Below are positions 52,901 to 54,906 of a DNA stretch of 55,155 nt, piece by piece (within the stretch, counting starts at the first letter, position 1; the number at the start of each line of letters is the position of its first letter). Source of the stretch: Bacillota bacterium (lineage in GTDB: Bacteria > Bacillota > Clostridia > Christensenellales > CAG-917); contig JBNMJA010000002.1 in the NCBI GenBank assembly GCA_050873585.1, forward strand, positions 1 through 55,155. The letters run 5' to 3'. Both the position numbers and the translations under genes were made by a program. The notes under the pieces are model-generated. The model was not told where the DNA came from, made no database searches, and was given only the letters and a program-made list of their open reading frames with translations.

Positions 52901-53322
52901 ATATCCGTGATGGTCTGACGATCGAGAGTACGACCTGCGATTTCGTCTTTTCCTAATTTCCAGAATTCAACGAGGATTTGACTGTTTGCGTCGTTGACTC
53001 TGTCAATCTTGCCCGCAAAACGAGCAACGATAAGCGAATCGTAAGAATCCTTGGCAAATCCGAGCACGAACGCCGTATCGACGTTTATGTACTGTTTGTC
53101 CTTTTCCGCACCGGCTTCCAAAAGCGCTGCGTCTTTGAACAACTTCCATGCGTCTTGCGGTCCTATGTACTGCGAATTCGTCGGTTCGTCGTCGGGCGTC
53201 GGCGTAGGAATAACCGGATTGTCGACGTTTCCGCCGCCTGCATGATCGCACGCCACCATGCCGAAAACCATCGTGATAATCAGCACGAGCAACAATACGA
53301 GCGATAACTTTCTCATTCTCAT
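25951..53322 (-). CDS. Giant (~9,120 aa) secreted or lipid-anchored modular surface protein of unknown family
   Basis: A single open frame of 27.4 kb. ATG 53322 has GGAGGAG 5 nt upstream. The N-terminus MRMRKLSLVLLLVLIITMVFGMVAC is signal-peptide or lipobox-like. The track's TTG at 53415 coincides with the -35 box. A consensus promoter lies upstream and a terminator downstream. See the findings for internal architecture. Confidence 0.9.
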   Translation of the reverse strand: MRMRKLSLVLLLVLIITMVFGMVACDHAGGGNVDNPVIPTPTPDDEPTNSQYIGPQDAWKLFKDAALLEAGAEKDKQYINVDTAFVLGFAKDSYDSLIVARFAGKIDRVNDANSQILVEFWKLGKDEIAGRTLDRQTITDMAKAGKGSMLFGAYYYDGKLVADMRGIKKGDGVHVVYTDTINMSSFVTRFSDALEQLNLSSILYDTIMGYDIGGLVNSLIKIDIAHLTVEELLVNILFGSSKSTLVDYGNGRQVLRIPCDLGLIVTLIPFVQGLIPENIIGLVKDVLGLDLGKIGALAGVALYLEADIYNGALKETNFSIDVNLNSSGIPDIQEKYGTFQSEFGIDLGYAKAEFAGTPDLDVKGILAERTGSDGKTLLEAIETAQQYSFLTLDGAITLSLDFAQKKVSIDNVVDSFGTLISNLLKQNLDAELLAALQPLFAKEIDFASGVVQLTITLQGEINTRNPGETKLAVRVLGRDNRERLSALYKGSLNGVYIDASGLLGSNGTKFKIDDINVNQLLGDLIDQLFDTIKGAIDGLKGDATSQAARDYFADGMKAQAIQQALVDNGELIIQHGAFESADDDGSVDVLALVSTILDHINIDMDENIFNINGIQFDITRDLLETIFGMVFTGDNIGADIPISEASLTYTNKGAQQEKSIKLDATLGIREYNETHTDFTLDPLIGLELGVDVTFGKIINQGQFDKNFTDLEQDLADNPGAYLPILKNGTLNTDLLHVNLSTGLSIDIDTLKGKLAEISVDLPDQELGNLFKGVLVNVLLELGNIEGGLKLDVNADIDLTGGLDTSAILDILLKSSAKIAITRRADVEGNNPLLAIYLQDGWVYLKADLLCISVKEIKLDAKELLDMLGVGGDGSQNDAQEAAVADDPTSDEEGGLDVNSILGFVAGIIDGFNLGNHAFEVMLASGLFDKVLNIIGLSYDQTYWLAPNGDYVSFADTSRNSDEFYLKSGKFYTLSTATNGTHWYDIATDAYIAKGAQTAPKGYTQSGKFYTLSVAASGTHWYDIATGAYIAKSAQAAPENYTKSGKFYTFNEENNGYIEATEATGTHWYDVATGAYVATSEKAAPENYAKSGKYYSGEENADGEYWFDIETKQYIAKSTQAAPENYAKSGKYYLGEENADGEYWFDIETKQYVAKNAQAAPENYAKSGKYYSYDSGSGEYNATDNGAYWFNIATGKYVKTEILTPYKAFGGKEYYRNDFFNDYREVQNNVKIKFASTDFDGGIRIALNDGLYLPDFQLGIFLSLGNNVSLDLSLNGLSAGLNDKPTDYLENDNLQKDDFTEILEYPFVGLDLTLGIDFTADQGSRELVFGEGKYWLNENGEYIEIEKTPVPSTYTGALYYKDSNGNFIEENITKATLAFDSEMDINYELRVAGQLDISPILKYLLFKETQINTKNNHSELLVELTGKKFGLDRKVLLGIYYTSGVLYLDASNFGLGKIQTEIDLYELILSMLVKDTTVSVNGTATADALTAAVTGEDDTAARRALALDIIATLSSDNVKLQIAKGLTDIVYQVIGIDASDITAWAQLAWASVKDKFDNKPLRVAVDINTDEGQKIAGAEIYIGTTVKGADGATLNPLELTIGGSTIESIKIVRDGKAEQTMAQYVTSEDEDVYENITLFNDYGDITIPSIYAEVKGTFSVGAHQGNTSWTVGEWIASFLDESNPQLNSFIRQLLLTYSVPVEAGAEIGFRIALNARLNPDVPVDLTQNAVFKKYANSELANLARFAEVYKLEGTKYVLLNDEERDLTSDKKFVGDVYLKQYVAGGIALSEVTDLAYRGEGYILVDDAYVKVNVTDENANQFANDKVFTKASLLDIAYIASHSDIAIEIYNRSIADIDGMINQDKIQHVILALRLQSTGENAQGNAVSTVYLDLSNDFHVALANIDLGALLGGLISGGNSSDAGATTMAEEESGGIDLMGIIGSVLGGIIGYIGVGSEGVQINFAEGLIVTLVQMLAGKQVDPEKFIKLNSDRSYLALAWKNNYNLQLNAEISPVYIGLEISEINLALGKEGGVLPEDFDSTIYTTAENLDTLSLNVDLGLDLKIKGQKEQIRIENYLDLFIENLGIELGLDMYDDIEYDIRLSLGANLALNEPNDTNIVLEITLNDNDTVIKNIIAVYIEGQNIYFDFGDLGREPFYLEKTNISEFVCDAIVKLLGDIKSQTNNSEASTASDESTLSADEQMQVVLNIADGKLSALVMQNVLVGLIATLTSNGDGDLKIDEILEKLDLDIQVGVDLQLDPSISLDVNLDSNLIALGVSLGNIDVATGKNENGAYGTIKNKARKGIDKFVKLSETEKDTYKGDRYNLVGGKYVKADGGEYRSYYKGLQEAHIIALDLSLIVDYYASATYVLVTDKKALESFSPQDRYSLNYDGRFVQDNNGSYIRDGFAFDELLNLVLGMDGLQDILATMLPQIRINTDNEEIGFEIEKDKFSVGDLLKRLGLNLMLSDKMDDGFKLDVKARLNLQAMGLEDISKIDLGNLDVNTILKGLEASVGIDFDYEHEQSKAYLNIYLLNGDVYVDLDGVGGPRVQVGLLELLGRLGVELGGSSDASTADDTTGAGGLDVAKLLNTVVSKLVLSAAPWKADSNINKIGYLGVFLRANFINDLFSMLFNEEVNSENTVLDEAQSGIYLYPQTDELFKGYLDNALALQLKLALANKKDPIKDERGNTKPFTFDLKLGVDVKVGLESVNDYQTLLDNDERLEFISLDDYIANILALIGGFRGENYQRETELADNAIYYTFNESEGGEYLLKTGMYRKPNFNVDANGAFVLDEATGEYRLIREGEVLEEGTKRYSKEDLTGVTMYARSYATVQTSAEDGKQYAYYVNYVQSEDDDAVYVYDAQNDIYVNRNDANAPQSTVFYKRVLEAMTVTEKDAEGNVITRNALAKEVKLYKKCGQETYQDQNISLSVSGLIYFNSASAEVVNAGGLLPNAFRDMIINLQTLSAFNAGIGLRVSANIDLAALDLQGLASGGSFGEFIDNSDLSKVELAIQFIEVDSQGYFAKYDTAKGTRDGNDKVLGGMYLSGGTFYLDLTGVVGTAENYSKIENFVDFAKKVIEKLGSIGGDKENNGAQTASDEQVLRSATRDAVVLLAYSDAQFQIQITKALIAFVLATFMPDLGSLEEVFDVFNVSLGVDLGQPVYKSLTDLKNSENIEDQDLYNKFMTDEAYKQSRYAYYETEDLSGTVATDKYYVVGGKYYQAATTDVYEVTVDEATGTVKPIDGAVKTRYADGKLPADKTFGVYLNGAYTVITGTVDGKYVHSNANYYAKVAGIDDPISLRSYRMYRMDANGNESVTDTYIAGDTYVRYNGEERDIQELRSRLFGYVKDENGDWYRTINLYSSMSDFYLGLDVAIGCVNMGLKLGGIELGVGAGNNLLPAYIRDGKAHSRVEGGKEIEYTDELTEADKEKYEDIPTNMFYDTIITVGFSVELELGITEGTLDFGKILSSVVGDLTGVVVEMPSTTKGYSSAHFRLDVSLMVDIYDLTKSELKIELINVTETGYESLWLGAYYVNNTIYLNLEEAFNIQKVAIGGLNIAELLKDIIIDFDDEELFVAGNRAKDASTDEASVAADANGSDISLSDKELALSMLINKDLFTLKLGDKLFDTILEYIPEDLLGFDIKDLFYQEINGGLQVELDTSDSINLSVDVALGLDGDRYNKDSDYSESTAASIAEKVKKGTDKYYVFRQSNDGEYVKESAGSNFVRAIKPDDSSEIKVASNRYDKYLVKCDESTNKLYLLKVLANGKGDGSELLDTMKRSMLEGEEKSVAVYKHVAGAAANKSYVKDGGKYDTTLKLSLAIKNLDIAFTNSRTYVLSGDELAEYTNMDDVDRFTLSETIDITTQFKTGEDNDIDLSAVLQAFFPSLTDDQLLVIKAQSDKGGDIDRSLQLVVDVDVQVAALLNFMRTELVKYAGDDDQFDGDMDLFTVIDLLKKVIENIDTTQLAKLIADIASYVNLSVRLQTKGGNDSDYHDMLGIYMVGGTFTLLDESKGELDENSENYVDPSERFDHYFETKNGSYYRDTNGKYSYIRSSEYSGTRYSYDSSYCYKNVEGRYKRENGGLFIDLSYFNIPSLRVDANEIRKLVSGLLALNASDAMTADDTTDDGSGSGISLPLVKDDTILGYIRTFAYGLQITSRYIKVLAQADYINSILSLVMGENAIQFDDDEFVNQPNVTLYTDNTRYSYTSAQDIVNEFITKYDAAIDESERKALVKDIEKTLTKSKYLFKVTQYTGEGAQNKGIYYKAADGAFVQKSEMSETERTAKDNEVISGKAKYYDVTRVDVYIRLQDGNPVSDKNAVLYADATQTQINNCEKVAVLQDRRVRVPKLYEKIGENNYQAVDFKYSVVTPLEARNEFLSVNLYLWNHKVSIAINAPEIGVTKFQYVTGKDALNDSKYQIEEIAAGARYVNTDEEIYTSVDKVTDGIDNWAFDYYEKGTFSTTKYQDNPRFYEYKDKYIEINPDTLFVKDGDGKYQKATADWDHMPDFIGEMENDSSKEYYIDATSAYVRVQRVFIYKKEVYNTEKKVLLSADDEANDTDFFIKVQQNSSVEKPDFSKPEYADYAYKEYVDTDNLYYISLALRGSLFLQSGKIYLPYADYAEVYKSIRNVEPTFDLIKSKGIAYKKFQGDYVKVSEKDDLATLNNANGLFVLVNSDLDDKYSGINEALGDVLGSILGAMTGKFQIAEDMTFNVYFSLRLNLGFKLYILPSFGIDIRDLDVAIDVWGEQNDLLDDNTGKNYVTSEDRDANNYKYKLLDGTKPHILGIYYDNDQDTGKAGLYVDAEALLGKDAKLFVDMSEYSLEDVLTGLVANIGSNDAADASVASDPVADNNPDKQDPDAASLFINIFTNAIALNVTSGFAKVLLNELIADSASITSMLPNLKVYLKQNLNPYDITIGAILFNERGDIPVLNLGLNIQGLNGVADESSSIEFGRKEDILNMQQGSNAIFYYANFYRDNDNKDYSNYYGKNYNNKDYVKLIHDETTGFDYIENADGTRGALYSNGTTTVGPEDRYMKAAPVMSEVLTSRQTAYDGKLYTDVDGIYMLVYERLNDIAGNNHLGEEYSEYRNLVSNNQFRSFTGTLYTVDDNGNFVRVNKDELQGFTGEGNLQYVLASDYPSANGNEKGTGKEVVYNGQTYYRIDPNGNGYTDMDEADAFKTAHANVKVYKQVIDFTNYTKALALNLGDLLGGGTFDVSSVLSGLQSVELGLNLDIRTTLDDVINWTYQFTKFINDKTICDYLYFIATSLKNNAEFQSLIGLNLDLKVYLQLANLVKMISGDTSVGILQVLEGAKIYLELTYETNFHGEEKPKALLWVEIRDGKLYLNIDASQIGDIVGWGDFFSYGVVEGLDLSSILGTSASSASAQAFTAADDEEANTGLIPANIWSVLNVVLGRLLIANDFITVGLNETLIADLIGMLADSDSEILQGIGEFLPKLRTTDTKDTSGITINFYGNSPSIDINLGFKVGTLYYETVANFNAMYGASGKYFNGSNWSGTKFVKDANGEYTQGTGADDDNTYVLVSTDDYALVAYAYPAWGGDTYDYENGEFVKHTATETKGAYLKQGDFAIAISLGKIYARVNKDFSVDKDEKFADKNADGTIRYEYVESENGEYVKDGEDYRLATAVDTGTRYAKKAAYGNYVRLQNATAHLELSIDISLYGSAPQDGSANEIDLSEILDLVMGLINPNSAVSGSTLKLNIVNELGNDKGAYLKLDLVANIDVENFKVDLGLQLNKYTAGATAARTLLGIYLIDNAIYVDLSGILGNTAKVAVTDINLDGLLEGVLGKFLSEASGEESTQAQTANSGDIDTIIDTMKDYAYFMINVTPQKLLLQLNSDLINAIYRKIMAIRGLDSTKDLLPDIGDILFRMDATGGKTEFSLNLRLSDGLYFCLDIPAASITKDISESVATHFDLVTTSKKVFKQLTQAELEKDASQTKYVKNEKGEYVEDKGAVDGSKTYYKSVNATVPAGYIEILALDLEALVNGTGTFNISDLNLPTIGLTLTLDLTMTSKNLKPGQEGYKESLAGWVQELLANVLGGQSILGKFSELTFVDANTLKDSDGKVHDGKVYILNSEGAYEVFTGTSYDNKTNYYKYTLADVNITMASEAINLTIDIAANINIAPILAYGIGGILFSDLAVDIKAGDPINSTILSVYYLGSSRLMKKGNDNKWQLGVGTSGLYTEDEIYSDAIYIDASGLGLGKIKFQGIAGLLGATPGYGAGTASDAVASADASTSDADASADAKAAASGSALYLQIDIENGRLGMSFDNAFISTLIDIIGLDLGDITLPPIKSVKLDVNLGAGGLESINLNAQLDSVGTGANVAIKNFALGFGQSKVDSEKLIESVKTGYAGLTFSKTSGIMSLIQNVIDNLKPGLNLEIQNTVWSAYTGWVSLGIVGVPRIYSGYEHSTITLSGKKDYTATNLVEDASNLSAKSYKLLLGLGLNRASIKDTVGLNVIFGGNNVFLSDIKVGGNTVDLVSGIPAIGAYLKCLDLGTLLADAFPLKLVSGTDGDDATYEYPSAKTAADTSTQASSGWNDPVKKESYSYPANLENLIKSVDVNLFNNNGYWPYFAGAKEVSNGAGKISLKVELNKDAYNELIIMVSCILMNLMRNGDNNADSKSSGSNVYFVNVKDIGSATNISPSDKPYGTTTKPITAFFDGLDTLLAKNATTQEKVDYVEPYMRSIPFALLKWAMECIVGPAINMDGIWGTIQRLAGDTLENLTKLIGGILPLPFASGTINPSINIYIDINPTASDYGCNSGETVAPGIQAIEIMVNGKKNGIGTEMLYNEKVGSGTGDFNFATRPTKQTSNVKDAWDFFMLRITPYSINHADYKTGLLYFDESESAGNIGVEPPTEIVIEDPATRKGYAISGGARKDFELRDSFFLDETLFPQKATVTFPIIIDGKQMTSYNSGSQYQDATGTFIVWDGASVDLTAANSETADEKGRRLAGYVYGYALNTVLYAIPVYVTNDKEVQSVKGLYRNDDGSYGTKALNIDIDSDSSKFMAELPNLVQISFSTGKATFGTYLKDSEGNMLHAVINPISGAPSENGYQILVQPTQEEIDKGAEANVNADGNKYVLMPAYVAGLVTEQDAKGNTVYKTFKARNASGEEVEYYVLSRSNLPTGKQFPAGTIDWNTDEFTYDWQGSTSWNTDSESNSVKVGFTYQWGLGKAVNGSIELSAKNYKISHLTQMMKAHANGEIDTASAEKFTNARDNDGNYSTVLELKAMDINADTQKLVEYVNQFKFINSKNVAGKNMNGYDVEWDLTELEKALDAIAHRNDNGDIVGYDYYKGVDVTVKAKVGGQRFSISTTVTKKTLGEDKSGFVGQQKTYTGKLAQEVNVRIVVKPFVYDSMSKAITFDQYSYDRITVASLGSNFALNVKDASGNKSEEKMTVGNGLKVEAPFIKAGETYYDAYNNGVHNLTSDEITYEGYTNQRTYPLYAKLTIGTDYSGKQVVYIPIEVSALKPTTLAVNVDHEDTLDPTWYENENYQSFSVSFGTATHTMFPDWSTVKYYTNAACTKLKAEQNIFDGGTIYAQVEAYATLDGTKDGKKLALVNSGKSDENGNAIYTAQTITLKLSVEKQTVKSVNFFYNEDIGDVAAYVRANADDQAKLDILKEALANVNNYKGTVYQQTHEIDGVAYGIDPINFAKNPSDYFKTSNWGDAIDGTPVLVTLDKGEPYIAYVQSFDGIVSSASIEGVEKTAYMTIGGQMVSFRINMPDYTFADGKFVDGESKLTATGGKVAGVGEDTIQLSYNVFDEWKLPSTAKVTASEGKGETEVEVKWIDYSAPNKEELNGRDYVERKYFFFDGLSIRYPSADAFTARIYVSGYNSSVDVKPDGMYDSDGKLKAYDVFDKFTFATTANVKIGETTHNNVPLHWLDTSMPTAEEIANGSFTRKAYVTGQSANGETVVKDFTFKINNEFTLDGIAGDSKNGFSVDIDADHFYGGLIKSTTLNVNDKKISVALAWSDDYTAAGFDGNMTLTISSDALTSDVTAKVKVASAGIEKLVGGEKYVLDPYGIKSTLFESGSKQLVKVKSADADKTVQDQLVTVEYDFGDEDFYANISQYFGKKYTVGVRYRYNAGKNENVETGEITVTVLNRSIMYMSDYENRSIVVDTFLHKDASYLANVMSITTVGGDVFDARFDWSDVDKLIKSGASNTAYMATAVVPVEKANGTYVLADIGNGEDYVTIEDYLEFMRKTDANFELKTETRYMLAKQRINVPVTVLERTIVDAELKLDDTGLKYLYSDSSKYSTITDTLVGESGDGRYIDIVYNKATGMPEQYVYYNHFAYVGADKLPDTMTLTFANGDVGNYYITYENAPKASDLADLSATLERTMTVHVWNSESKEVMDAFEMTIKIRVSKVTLTNSDLAYKEMSVGTYKYNKDVYVDRDSDTSVFNTAKYASEATYYVGAQFVSAYAWWNEGRTANGSGYDYTSTYLKRHGFTDTDGEIYPGIYSVYGGFATESDYAHVKFYVYNADTKNYVLFDGDVNTIDATTFKTADGQDLYLFTYVTTQTFDVKWNAEKAEYTYRGGNVAVEATLASRAQGNVTGTTVDVTVHIANSRLTGEAKLVEGDTYALYKNGIFEIDPYANGNVFARKTGYSGDRYEKSSVATSGYVKNNLDGTYKLVNGEYVELTTAELNRDYANFPTSLKVTLANGTKVDVPVVWDFSGVNVTYAGGEYYAYAIVNYGGEYNYKASDASSVNEIGTQRIRFTVKVLDRSVESIVSDSELQKLTGYALATDKTYINPYEYIKPTMPDSLKFKERTGKIVDGKAETAEVEYKTKGTSRLLVWSFDEFRPKYTGGVIYVTAKLIGVDGNVQEYKIPFLVKRMIVNKLEEATTGKDADGNTLLTKVSGGYSTTVENSVAASPFGIDPNNPKRLTMPFSYIATFSVSTPEFDAATGNIKVGEDGKEVYNAIANETLEFYYAIVSMPADEQYTVSADGITTSASGRNAIVQLADQERVTVGITQINGNVTPVAPAASSLRSGKTLKTTYTVGSVTVNVVWFGKAYVSTASTTNPTLEASYDVMFSSTSGTFTLPTSSDRKIVYKLYAAIGTVVDNNGTVLTTTTADADWKNGSDVIIAAGKTIPQYQAVTGMVEI
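25954..32613 (-). other. C-terminal ~2,200-aa region of the giant protein: array of beta-sandwich (bacterial Ig-like) units
   Basis: At least 12 recurrences of a strand motif end in Trp: TFIVWDG, GTIDWNT, YDVEWDL, MFPDWST, VEVKWID, VPLHWLD, VALAWSD, ARFDWSD, FDVKWNA, VPVVWDF, LLVWSFD, VNVVWFG. They are spaced about 80-250 aa apart. Confidence 0.5.
49681..50499 (-). repeat. In-frame tandem repeat array (about 7 units of 38-49 aa, 114-bp core period) inside the giant gene
   Basis: Units read SGK[FY]Y....G.[HY]W[YF][DN]I[AE]T..Y[IV]AK..QAAPENY[AT]K. The two central 114-bp units (about 49825-49938 and 49939-50052) differ at only about 8 positions by eye. Confidence 0.85.
53248..53322 (-). other. 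Signal peptide with lipobox-like cleavage site (…FGMVA|C) of the giant protein
   Basis: The n-region is MRMRK, the 18-residue hydrophobic core is LSLVLLLVLIITMVFGMV, and A-C follows. The -3 position is Met, not the canonical Leu/Val/Ile, so type II cleavage is only probable. Confidence 0.6.
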
Positions 53323-53386
53323 AATCTCCTCCGAAACATACGCCTCTACGCGTGTAGCGCATATGTGTAGATTATTATACAGTCCA

Positions 53387-53415
53387 ATTATACGTTTTTT
53401 TTCGCTGTTTGTCAA
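53387..53415 (-). promoter_or_regulatory. Perfect consensus sigma-A promoter of the giant gene
   Basis: Minus strand reads TTGACA (53415-53410), a 17-nt spacer (aacagcgaaaaaaaacg), then TATAAT (53392-53387). A second TTGACA lies at 53426-53421 and a second TATAAT at 53379-53374. Confidence 0.75.
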
Positions 53416-53802
53416 TAGTTTGTCAATACTTATCTTGTTAGAATAACGATTACAATACCTTGTGGTCTGTACAATTCACCTCCACAACCTATTGCGTAAA
53501 ACGTTGAATTTCATGCCAATTTTCACTCCGAATCTGCAAAAATCCGTCGCTTTTCCCGTTTTTACCGCAATTCGTCGATTTCGTTCGAGAAATTCGCCGT
53601 TTTTCGTATTCTAATTGCATATTTATCACTGTTTTGTTGATTTTAGGCTTTTGTTTTCACACGGATAGATTCCGTGAAAGTTTTTTGAAACGCAATATTT
53701 TTCACATTCCCGTCATTTTGCGATTTTTCGACGTTTTTTTGCTTAAAACACGGTATCTAACCGCACATATCATATCTTTGTAGGACACAAAGTCTGCGTC
53801 GA

Positions 53803-53831
53803 TTGACAGTGCGCAAGAATAGTGCTATATT
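53803..53831 (+). promoter_or_regulatory. sigma-A promoter of the DUF1624 gene, positioned for a leaderless transcript
   Basis: TTGACA (53803-53808), a 17-nt spacer, then TATATT (53826-53831). The ATG at 53838 lies only 6 nt after the -10 element and no SD is present. Confidence 0.55.
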
Positions 53832-53837
53832 CATTTT

Positions 53838-54893
53838 ATGCAAACGACCGTACAAAAAAATCCCCTTATCGCAGAGGACGTAAAAATCACTCTCGCACCA
53901 AGGCATAAACGCAACAGAATCTGGGAAATCGACTTTCTCAGAGGCGTTTGCGTATTGCTGATGATTCTCGATCATCTGGCAATTTTGCTCGGGTCGTATT
54001 TCGGTCCGCAATGGTACGGTTACGGGTTCGTTCGTAGAGGCGTCGGCGACGCTTTCACGACGTTTTGTTACAATTGGATAAACGGAAGCGCAAGCGATGT
54101 ACGCGACGTAATCCACCCAATCGTTTTGTTCGTGTTTTTCTCAATTTCGGGCATATCCTGCACCTTTTCACGCAACAATGCAAAACGCGGATTACAACTG
54201 TTGATAGTCGCCTTGATTTATACGCTAGGCTCGTATATCGCGCAAGAATATATGGGAATAAGCGGCGTTTTCGTGGCATTCGGCGTGCTGGATTTTCTTG
54301 CGGTATCGATGCTTATCTACGCCCTCGTTTCCTTCTTAACAAGGGACAACCGATGGACAATGGTCGGCGCAAGCATAGCACTTATAACGGTGACCTTATG
54401 CCTGTATTTTTGCTATACTCCGCCCGCAACGACGCCCAAGATCTTCGCGATAGTGTTCCCTCCCCACGATTTTTGGGGCAATCCGTCGCTGTTTTACTCT
54501 CACGCCGAATTCTCCCCCGGGGATTTGTTTACGCTCATCCCCTACACCGCTTTTTATTTTGCAGGCGTGCTTATCGGCGAGTTGTTCTATTACGAAAGGC
54601 TATCTCTCGTTCGCTTCGAACTCACGAAAGCACTCTACAAAAAGACATGCGACGCCCTTTATGCAAACGTTGAAGCGGAGAATGTATCGCTGCGAAACTT
54701 CTGCACGAATACGCTCACGTTTTTGCTCGGAGCAGGAAAAGTTGCGACTATAGTCGCAAAAGCAATAGAAAAAGCGGTTTGCTTCTTTGGCAAACACGCC
54801 TTGATAGTTTACGTCGTTCACGTTGTCTTGCTTGCCGCGCTGTTGAGTCTGATAAGCGGCTTGTTTATCACACCGGGCAATTTCGGCATTTAG
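53838..54893 (+). CDS. DUF1624 / heparan-alpha-glucosaminide N-acetyltransferase-like (acyltransferase-3-related) integral membrane protein
   Basis: 351 aa. RIWEIDFLRGVCVLLMILDH is the N-terminal signature, and about 9-10 TM helices follow. Confidence 0.75.
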   Translation: MQTTVQKNPLIAEDVKITLAPRHKRNRIWEIDFLRGVCVLLMILDHLAILLGSYFGPQWYGYGFVRRGVGDAFTTFCYNWINGSASDVRDVIHPIVLFVFFSISGISCTFSRNNAKRGLQLLIVALIYTLGSYIAQEYMGISGVFVAFGVLDFLAVSMLIYALVSFLTRDNRWTMVGASIALITVTLCLYFCYTPPATTPKIFAIVFPPHDFWGNPSLFYSHAEFSPGDLFTLIPYTAFYFAGVLIGELFYYERLSLVRFELTKALYKKTCDALYANVEAENVSLRNFCTNTLTFLLGAGKVATIVAKAIEKAVCFFGKHALIVYVVHVVLLAALLSLISGLFITPGNFGI

Positions 54894-54906
54894 TTATATT
54901 GCAAAA

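Noticed and set aside
25951-53322. The giant ORF as an assembly chimera of collapsed repeats.
   Set aside because: The modules are too divergent at the DNA level to mis-assemble, and the frame, codon usage and motif order are coherent throughout. Only the 114-bp tandem array (49.7-50.5 kb) is at real risk of copy-number collapse.
53323-53415. The N-terminal extension MTNSEKKRIIGLYNNLHICATRVEAYVSEEI, from the longest-ORF TTG start at 53415.
   Set aside because: - The TTG is the first base of the -35 hexamer, and the extension spans the -10 box and the 5' UTR.
- ATG 53322 has a strong SD and begins a classical signal peptide.
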